Under the pieces are notes generated by a model. The model was not told the origin of the DNA. It was given only the letters and a program-made list of their open reading frames with translations, and searched no databases. Positions 56,978 to 64,000 of a DNA stretch of 64,000 nucleotides are shown here, one piece after another (the first letter of the stretch is position 1; every line of letters starts with the position of its first letter). Both the position numbers and the translations under genes were made by a program. Origin of the DNA: Candidatus Binatia bacterium (GTDB lineage Bacteria; Desulfobacterota; Binatia; UBA9968; JAJDTQ01); NCBI GenBank assembly GCA_963664535.1, contig OY761465.1:1573602-1637601 (forward strand), in the 5' to 3' direction.

Positions 56978-58115
56978 GACGCCCCTCCTTCCTGCTTCCG
57001 GTCATCGCCGCCTCAACGATGCCGCCGATGCGGCCCGCAGCCTCCCGGACGTGGTCGTCGGCAAGGTGAGCATAGCGGTCGGTGGAGGCGATGTCCGCAT
57101 GGCCGAGCAAGCGGCCCACCGTATAGAGGTCGATGCGGCTCATGACCGCGTGGGAGGCCAGAGTATGACGGAAGTCGTGTATGCGCACGTCCTCCAGACC
57201 CGCCAGCCTTCGCAGCTTCTGCCAGCGAAGCCCGAGATCGTTCATCGGCCCGGAGCCCGTTGTGTTGGGAAAGACGTAGCGTGAGACACGCGGCACTCCG
57301 GAGAGCACCGCTCGGGCGGGTGGCGGAAGCTGGATGGTCTTCGGGCCGGTCTTCGAATCCGGCAACAGCGCCCGGGCGCCGCGTATCCAGTCCCACCGAA
57401 GGCCGGTGATCTCGGACGACCGCGCGCCGGTGAACAGCAGGAGACGGATCACGGCGACGGCCTGACTGTCCTCGGCATGGTCGAGCACGAAGCCGAGGCG
57501 TTTCAACTCCTCCACGGAGAGGAACCGCTCCCTGGCCCCAGTCCTGTAGCGGCGCATGTTACGGCAGGGGTTGGAGCCCTGGGGGCGAATGTCCCACAGT
57601 TCGGCCTGGGCGAGCATGACGGAGAGCACGGGCAGCGCTCGGTTGGCGGTGGCGGGAGAGCTGCTCAGGGAATCGAACCAGCGCTGCACGTCGGCGCGGG
57701 AGATTTCGGGGACGCGCATGAAGCCGAAGAAGGGCAGGAGTTGGTTCTTGAGCACGGAGCTGTTGCTCTGGCGGGTGGAGGGCTTCCAGCGCCTGGACTG
57801 GCGGCGCATGAATTCGTCCGCGAAGTCCTGGAACAGGGGTCCGGCCTTGTGCTCGGCCGTGGCGGCGTCGATAGCGGCGACGGCTCGATCACGCGCCTGG
57901 GCGGCGGTCAGTTCAGCGGTCGTGCCGAGGGTGAGATTGACCGCGCTCGGGGCTCGCTTCACGCGGACGAAGAAGGTCCTCGAATCGTCGGCTGCGATCT
58001 TGAGGCCGAAGGCGGGCAGGGTGTGATCGAGGACGATGAGCGGGCGCTTCCGGTGCCTGGGCTCGGCGAACTTTCGGTTGATGGTTCTTTCATTGAGATT
58101 TGCGAAGATGCGCAT
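56967..58115 (-). CDS. tyrosine-type integrase, P4-like (DUF4102 N-domain), upstream member of the tandem pair; overlaps the next gene by 11 nt
   Basis: The DUF4102 region is LPAFGLKIAADDSRTFFVRV. The catalytic residues are present (R in GARSSEI, HDFRHT, and Y in DRYAHL). The start is MRIFANL at 58115, with a GGGAGG RBS. The track ORF extends to 58160. Confidence 0.8.
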   Translation of the reverse strand: MRIFANLNERTINRKFAEPRHRKRPLIVLDHTLPAFGLKIAADDSRTFFVRVKRAPSAVNLTLGTTAELTAAQARDRAVAAIDAATAEHKAGPLFQDFADEFMRRQSRRWKPSTRQSNSSVLKNQLLPFFGFMRVPEISRADVQRWFDSLSSSPATANRALPVLSVMLAQAELWDIRPQGSNPCRNMRRYRTGARERFLSVEELKRLGFVLDHAEDSQAVAVIRLLLFTGARSSEITGLRWDWIRGARALLPDSKTGPKTIQLPPPARAVLSGVPRVSRYVFPNTTGSGPMNDLGLRWQKLRRLAGLEDVRIHDFRHTLASHAVMSRIDLYTVGRLLGHADIASTDRYAHLADDHVREAAGRIGGIVEAAMTGSRKEGRHGS

Positions 58116-58303
58116 GTGGCTGCCTCCCATAGTTGTTCCCTCGAATGCCACCGGTTCCAAGGAAACAACGGCGGCGGTTCACGGAAGGAGATGCAGCCCG
58201 TGCAGGGACAGGGGGGTGAGTGGCCGTGACGCCCTAACGCAGCGTTAAAGCGGAAGAAATCGTCCGTATGGCTGGTCGGGAAAGTCTCGCTCAAGGCATC
58301 CCG

Positions 58304-58321
58304 GATGCGTGGGGTGTGAGA
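58304..58321. repeat. 18-nt direct repeat GGATGCGTGGGGTGTGAG (copy 2 of 2)
   Basis: It is identical to 54017-54034. It lies ~190 nt upstream of the tandem-integrase start. Confidence 0.45.
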
Positions 58322-58808
58322 ACCCTTAACGGGCGCCAGCCCGTCCAAGAAGGGGGATTGGCCGCTGGGCTACGATGTCGGGGAGGAGTGCATGGACGGT
58401 CAGCAAGGCAAAGCCGCCGTGGCGATTGAACGGTGCCGGTGTCGCGTTGCACGGGACATTGCGATTGGGCGCTGCACCGCCACGGGTACAGAGTCGGACA
58501 CGCTGCCGGGGGCGTGCCGGAGCAATTATGTCCGACGACGGGAACGACGCTCACCCGTGTCGGCATCACCGCGGACGGCGTGATGGTGGAAGATGACGAC
58601 TCGGCATCTCGCGGTTGAGATCGGCACGAGCACAGGGACGCCTGCTCATGCTTGTAGTTGTCGTCCCTGTGCTGTCCCGGCAGCGTGACAACCACGGACA
58701 CCGGCGACACGCGGGCATCCCATCCACAGGTGATTGACGCCATTGACACGCCGTGCCTGGTCGCTGTACAAATCTGGATGAATGGCAACACTCAACGGAG
58801 GCTCGGCG

Positions 58809-59210
58809 ATGAGGACGTTTCTTGTAGTACTGATTGCAGCGCTACTCATGGTTGGCGGCACGACCGTTGCTCATGCAGGGGACTGCAGTGGGATGTCTGT
58901 CGAGAAGGCCCGCAATATCCTCCTTGAAGAGAGCCCCACTCGCACAGAGTACCCCTGTGCGGCGAAGCGGGTAAAACAGGATATCAAGGCATGCCTGGAG
59001 TTTTTTAAGCAGGACGAATGTACGGGCCCAGCTAAAGTTTGGTTGAATGCATGGGACAAGTTAAAACCGCAACCCTCCGAGGAGTCAAGTTCCGTCAAGT
59101 CCTTGGCGTTGTCGACGCCGTCAATCCTGAAACCGCGTGCTCCCTTTGCGAAATCTATCACGGACTATTTGCGTGAGACGCCCTATCCGTACGGCCGTGC
59201 GCCCCGATGA
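58809..59210 (+). CDS. small secreted hypothetical protein (signal peptide, Cys-containing)
   Basis: The signal peptide is MRTFLVVLIAALLMVGGTTVAHAG. A GGAGG RBS lies upstream. GC is lower than the backbone. Confidence 0.45.
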   Translation: MRTFLVVLIAALLMVGGTTVAHAGDCSGMSVEKARNILLEESPTRTEYPCAAKRVKQDIKACLEFFKQDECTGPAKVWLNAWDKLKPQPSEESSSVKSLALSTPSILKPRAPFAKSITDYLRETPYPYGRAPR

Positions 59211-59767
59211 GCATGCCGGAACCGGCCACAAACGCATCAAACGGTTCACCATCGGGCACGGGCAACGGTACCGAGGGAGGGCGGTTCGGCCGGTTGAGCA
59301 GGGATCCAGGTGCCGTCACCCCTGGCTTGGCCGCAGCGGTCCTCGGTTTTACTGTTGGCGCGCTGACTGGCGTCTCCGGTCCTGACGCTGTAGTGCTGGC
59401 TGCGGTTCTGCCCGCAGTCCTGTCGGCTGCCGGTCCCACCGCTGTCTTTCTCGTAAGCAGAGGAGATGGTGGCACACGCCGCATGCGTGCCGTCAGTGGC
59501 CTGATCGTCCTGTTTTCCGTTGGTATCCTCGTCGGCGCCCCTTTCGGATCTTGGTACAAGGACTACAGTGAGAGAAGCGCGTTCAATGACGCGCTGAAGA
59601 AAGCGGAGGTCGCCCGGCAGGCTATCAGAGTCCGTCATTTCGAGGATCTGAGGGACTGCACAATCTTAGAACACCAAGTGAGTACTCAGCGTGATCGCCT
59701 TGATCTGCCGCCGGTCACAATCTCACAGGTTTGCCCGTTCCTCGACGATCCGAATTCCGGCAGATGA
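59207..59767 (+). CDS. hypothetical membrane protein (3-4 TM, Gly/Ala-rich)
   Basis: It is coupled to the upstream gene by an ATGA overlap. Hydrophobic helices are present (AAVLGFTVGALTGV, VVLAAVLPAVLSAAG, LIVLFSVGILVGAPFG). Confidence 0.45.
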   Translation: MSMPEPATNASNGSPSGTGNGTEGGRFGRLSRDPGAVTPGLAAAVLGFTVGALTGVSGPDAVVLAAVLPAVLSAAGPTAVFLVSRGDGGTRRMRAVSGLIVLFSVGILVGAPFGSWYKDYSERSAFNDALKKAEVARQAIRVRHFEDLRDCTILEHQVSTQRDRLDLPPVTISQVCPFLDDPNSGR

Positions 59768-59970
59768 CGAACATCTGGCCGACCTCAACCACTGCTGAGA
59801 GCTTTCCCCCAACCACAGACACGGCCTGTGACGGTCCCATGACGGTACATCAGGCCCTGACCGTGCGCTGGACCATCTCCCGGAAGCGGTGCTTTCCCCA
59901 GCGCTGGCGGATACAGGTCAGGCTCGAATGGTGGGGGCAGGCGCTCGTGCAACCCGTAATCGATGAACTA

Positions 59971-61124
59971 GTGTCCTGTCCGATTAATTAGTTGAAGAAC
60001 AATGGAGTGTGTCGTACCATGGGAAGAAAGGACAGGAGGGCACCATGGCACGACCCCCAGCGGCGATCGTTTTGAGCGAGGAGGAGAAGGCGGAGCTAGA
60101 AAGATGGAGTCGGCGGCGCAATACGCGAGCGGGTCTTCATCTACGAGCGGGCGTGGTTTTGGATTGCGCGCGAGGTTACACCGGGGAGGAGGTGGCGAAG
60201 CGACACCACACGAGCCAGCAGACGGTGTCGAAGTGGCGGGGGCGGTTCGCCCGAGAGCGACTGGCGGGACTGTCCGATGCGGTGCGAAGCGGCCAGCCGC
60301 GCAAGCACAACGACGTACGGGTGCAGGAAGTGTTGGACGCGACACTGAATCGACGGCCGAAGCATGCCACGCACTGGAGCGTTCGGAGTTTATCCGAGGA
60401 CCTGGATGTGCCACGGGATTTCGTTCATCGTGTATGGCGGGCATTCGGGCTCAAACCTCACTTGTCTCGGAACTTCAAGCTATCCACCGATCCGCACTTC
60501 ATCGACAAGGTGCGGGACGTGGTGGGTCTTTATCTGAATCCGCCGGACAACGCGCTGGTGTTGTGCGTGGATGAGAAAAGCCAGATTCAGGCATTGGACC
60601 GTACCCAACCCGGTTTACCGCTGAACTACGGCACACCCGAGACCCGGACCCATGACTATCGGCGCTATGGCACCACCACGCTGTTCGCCGCACTGGAGGT
60701 GGCTACGGGTCGAGTGGTGGGCAAGCTGCACCGCCGGCACAGAAGCCAAGAGTTCACCGCTTTCTTGCGCCACATCGACTCGCAGGTCCCGGCCGCCTTG
60801 GAAGTCCACCTCATTCTCGACAACTACGGCACCCACAAGACCACCCAAGTCAAGAACTGGCTGTTGCGACACCCCCGATTCCACTGTCATTTCATCCCCA
60901 CCTACAGTTCCTGGATGAACTTGGTGGAGCGCTTCTTCGCAACCTTGACCGAACACCAGTTACGCCGCGGCACCTACCGCTCCGTGGTCGCTCTGGAGAA
61001 AGCCATACGAAATTACCTCGACCTGCACAATCAACATCCCAAGCCGTTTCGTTGGACCAAGTCCGCTGACGCCATCATTGACTCTGTCACCAGTGTTATT
61101 AAACGAATTAACCAGACACCACAC
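59971..61124 (+). mobile_element. IS630-family insertion sequence (1154 bp) with imperfect ~21-bp TIRs and a TA target-site duplication
   Basis: The left end is GTGTCCTGTCCGATTAATTAG. The reverse complement of the right end is GTGTGGTGTCTGGTTAATTCG (16/21 match). TA flanks both ends at 59969-70 and 61125-26. It contains a single DDE transposase gene. Confidence 0.7.
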
Positions 61125-61127
61125 TAG
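60045..61127 (+). CDS. IS630-family transposase (HTH + DDE)
   Basis: The N-terminal HTH is [21 protein letters not shown]. The DDE region spans [14 protein letters not shown] ... [10 protein letters not shown] ... [19 protein letters not shown] precedes the ATG at 60045. The stop lies within the right TIR. Confidence 0.85.
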   Translation: MARPPAAIVLSEEEKAELERWSRRRNTRAGLHLRAGVVLDCARGYTGEEVAKRHHTSQQTVSKWRGRFARERLAGLSDAVRSGQPRKHNDVRVQEVLDATLNRRPKHATHWSVRSLSEDLDVPRDFVHRVWRAFGLKPHLSRNFKLSTDPHFIDKVRDVVGLYLNPPDNALVLCVDEKSQIQALDRTQPGLPLNYGTPETRTHDYRRYGTTTLFAALEVATGRVVGKLHRRHRSQEFTAFLRHIDSQVPAALEVHLILDNYGTHKTTQVKNWLLRHPRFHCHFIPTYSSWMNLVERFFATLTEHQLRRGTYRSVVALEKAIRNYLDLHNQHPKPFRWTKSADAIIDSVTSVIKRINQTPH

Positions 61128-61199
61128 CATGGCCGTGGGCGCTAGGAAAAACGCCGCTTCGGTGTCTGACGGCCGTTTGCCTCTGCCGTCTCAATAGTG

Positions 61200-61660
61200 C
61201 TAGGCGGAAGGGAATCGGCTGAGAATGCGCCTTTGTTTATTGAAGCATTCGACGATGCCAGCGAGGAACTGGAGCGACGCCATTCCGAATTGGAAATGCC
61301 CGGAGTCGGACGAATCAGCCGTATCTTGACGGATGCTGGCTCGGGTTTCCAGATAGACCCGCCGAAGCTTGTCGCCGCCCGGCGGGTGGCCACAGTCCAT
61401 GACCGCTACCAGGTACAGGAAGCCAGGCCGGACGGGGATATGGGTGGTGTACGCGGTCCAGATCTGATTGGGCCGGTCGATGGCGAGGCCATGGAGAAGG
61501 ACGGGGTGGGGTTTGGTGGTCCGCGATGCCTGGTAGATGGCCTGTAGTCTCATCAACCGCAGAATTGATCGCACCCAACGGGCCAGTGTGTCGCGTCTCC
61601 GTTTCGACGCGGGAGAAACCGTGACCGATGCTGCCGCGCGTGCTATATTCCATCGGTTCC
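61200..61660 (-). pseudogene. IS3-family transposase (OrfB integrase-core) remnant
   Basis: IDRPNQIWTAYTTHIPVRPGFLYLVAVMD matches the IS3 rve core, and the C-terminal GIVECFNKQRR matches the IS3 tail. It is truncated and degraded, with no intact catalytic region. Confidence 0.55.
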
Positions 61661-61678
61661 GCTTGAGGGGAAAGAGAG

Positions 61679-61951
61679 TTGAAGAAGTCCGATGTCGTGT
61701 CCCACGTGACGAGCAGCGCCTCCCTGTCGAAGGCCGAGTCGGTCGCCGCAGTCGACGCGGTGTTCGACGCCATCTAGGACTGTCTGGCGAAAGGAGAACC
61801 GGTCGTCATCACGGGGTTCGGGACCTTCTCGACGACGAGCCGACCGGCCCGCCGGGGGCGGAACCCGAGGACGGGTGAGCGCATCGACATCGCCGCCTCG
61901 ACAGCGCCCTCGTTCAAGGCCGGCAAGGCCCTTTGCGATGCGGTGCGCTAG
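61679..61951 (+). pseudogene. HU/IHF-family DNA-binding protein gene with an in-frame amber codon at codon 33
   Basis: The 90-codon frame reads [89 protein letters not shown]. The TAG lies at 61775-61777. It has a TTG start with a GGGGAAAGAGAG RBS. Confidence 0.55.
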
Positions 61952-62291
61952 AGTTCCGCCGGGTAGAGCAGGCGGGCGGCGCCATCAGGCGGCAGGAATG
62001 CTGGGTTTACAGAAGCCACCAAGCCACCGTAAGTGTTCGGTGACGGGGTGATTGCGAAGCAAGGAAACACCGAGCATAGATAGCGCGTCGTCGTGCAGAA
62101 CCGGAATCACCGCTGTCTCGGCGCTGGCATCACCCTTTGACCGAACGAAGACAAGCCACCCGAAGCGCCGTGTTGACCATGTGTTGATTGTTCCGGCGCG
62201 AATCATCCGGTCTTTCAAGAGGAGAGTTTTACTTATTTGTTTTCAGCTAGTTACGGGCGGCGAGCGGTAGGACAAACCCCTACACGGCCAA

Positions 62292-63672
62292 GTTTCAAAC
62301 CCTCCCGTCATTCAAGAGCAGCCATGCTCAGGCATACGCGAGTCCGAAGACAAGCCTTGGATCGCCTGGGATGACAAGCTGACCGGATTCGGTGTGCGCG
62401 TCCACCCCTCCGGAGCCAAGTCCTTCGTCGTGAACTACCGTGCCGGCAACGGCGGGCGCAAGGCGCCCAACAAGCGCGTGGTGGTGGGCCGTGTCGGGCG
62501 GGTTACCCCGGACCAGGCCAGGCGTCTGGCCCAGGAACTCCTGGGGCGCGTGGCCGCGGGAGACGACCCCGCGGGGGAGCGCGCAGAGGCGCGTTTTGTG
62601 CCGACCCTGGGAGAGGCGTGCAAGGACTACATGGAGTCGGGCCATGGGCGCGCGGCCAGCACCGAACGGGGCTATCGCCGGTATACGGCCTTGTATCTCG
62701 GCGACTGGCTGTCCCGCCCACTGGATGCCATCACCCGCCGGGAGGTGGAGAACCGGTTCAGGTTCCTTACCGAGCGCCACGGAGAGATGCCGGCCAACCA
62801 GTGCCTGTCGTTCCTTCGGTCGGTGTACCGCAGGCCCTGCGTGGACTACGAGGGTCTGCGCAATCCGGTGGAGCAGTGGCTTGCGGCCGGAGGGCGCTAC
62901 CACCGGAAGACACGGCGGCGGATATCGTCTCCGGCCGAGGTGCTGCCGTGCTGGCGGAAGGGGCTGGAGGCGGAGGTGGGCAATGCGGTTCACCGGGACG
63001 TGGTTCTGTTCGGGCTCTACACGGGGATGCGGCTTGGAGAGGTCGTGCCGCTTCGGTGGGAGGATGTAGACCTGGATGCCGGGCTTTTCCGGGTGGAGGA
63101 GACCAAGACCGGGGTGCCGCTCGAGTTGCCGGTGACGCGGCAGCTTGGAGAGATACTGGCGCGGCGGCGGGCGGAGGGCCACACGGTTGGGGAGGAGCTT
63201 CGCGTGTGGGTGTTTCCGTCGCCGATGAGCGATTCCGGGCACGTGGAGGAACTCTACCGACACTACGGGGCCATCGGGCGAGCAGGCGGAGCGAAGTTCT
63301 GGTTTCACGCGTTGCGGAACTGCTTCATCACCGTGGCGGAGCGGGAGTTGATGCTGCCGCGGTCGTTGACGAAGCGTCTGGTGAACCATGCCCGGCCCGG
63401 TGACGTGACCGAGGGCTACGCCGCGGACTGGACGGTGGAGCAGTTGCGGGAGCCTGCGCAACGGGTCGCAACCCGCATCGATGAGTTGATGGCCTGACAG
63501 GTGCCCACCGTACCTCACTCGCCGGGGAAGTGACATGCGCGCGACGAGGCACATCCAACGGCTCCCGGAACAGCAGGTTGTGTCAAACAGGACCCTGGCG
63601 GCGTGATCCTTTACACCGGAATACACCTTAACTCCGCCGCCTCCCTGTCCTACAAACCAGGACCACCTCACG
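62292..63672 (+). repeat. segmental direct repeat of 52290-53930 (integrase region), ~98% identical, with a ~263-nt internal deletion
   Basis: The block 62292-62339 equals 52290-52337. From 62340 onward the sequence matches 52603 onward with scattered mismatches. Similarity ends near 63672/53930. Confidence 0.8.
62340..63497 (+). pseudogene. 5'-truncated, nonsense-mutated duplicate of the P4-like integrase gene
   Basis: It lacks the start codon and the first ~23 codons of the 52533 gene. It has a premature TGA (CGA->TGA) at 63495-63497 that removes the last 11 codons. Confidence 0.7.
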
Positions 63673-64000
63673 TAAAACTCCCCCAAATCCAGCCCGTCCA
63701 CCAGGTCGCTTACGTGGTGCGCCAAATGCCCCGCAGGTACCCACTCCGCCAAATCCGGCGGCATCAACAGCTTCTGCCCAGGTTCATACCCTCGATAGCT
63801 CGTTGGCACTCCCCTCTCCTTCCGCTCCTTGTCTCCTCCCGCTCCTCTTTATACTTTCTCCCTTGCCCGCTTTTCTACGGCGCAGACTCCTAGTTCCGGT
63901 ATGGTTATTATAAATGCAGTAGTTCGCGATTATTGCGAAAATCCGTCGGTTCATCAACTATCGACTTCTGTTGCTGTGATTGTCCCAATTCGCGTTTTCT

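Overview
This is a high-GC (roughly 65-70% backbone) bacterial chromosomal segment dominated by housekeeping and catabolic genes. The backbone carries a hemY fragment, a form-II-type coxSLM molybdoenzyme cluster, three TctC/Bug solute-binding paralogs with one fused TctA-TctB permease, LLM/SDR/amidohydrolase/CoA-transferase/MaoC/TauD catabolic genes, a NuoE/NuoF-like flavoprotein pair, LigAB extradiol dioxygenase, alphaproteobacterial-type AddAB, and a DMSO-reductase-family molybdoenzyme. Three islets of visibly lower GC are embedded in it: (i) 0.7-4.95 kb, two translationally coupled STAND/Arch_ATPase-like NTPases, the second with a C-terminal TPR array; (ii) 28.1-32.9 kb, a PHP-phosphoesterase::SMC/Rad50-like ABC ATPase (Ppl-like) tightly followed by a COG2865 Schlafen-like AlbA_2+HATPase_c_4 protein, which is my top candidate for an undescribed two-gene defence module; (iii) 49.5-50.7 kb, an orphan hypothetical gene translationally coupled to the molybdoenzyme. 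The 3' quarter (52.3-64 kb) is a mobile-element hotspot. It holds three intact P4-like tyrosine integrases, two of them tandem and overlapping, a 5'-deleted nonsense-mutated duplicate of the first integrase inside a ~1.4 kb segmental direct repeat, an HTH+DUF559(Vsr-like) nuclease-like gene, 28-nt near-direct repeats bracketing the tandem-integrase module, and an IS630-family element with TA duplications. A 159-bp MITE at 21.98 kb and a solo TIR at 10.43 kb share its terminal sequence. The hotspot also contains an IS3 remnant and an HU pseudogene with an in-frame amber codon. A dispersed short repeat family (CCCTCYCCCGTCATTC / GTCATTCCCGCGAAAGCGGGAATCC) occurs at 41.7 kb, 44.05 kb and at the island boundary. 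I found no rRNA, no convincing tRNA and no CRISPR array. Many long antisense ORFs in the track are high-GC artefacts.
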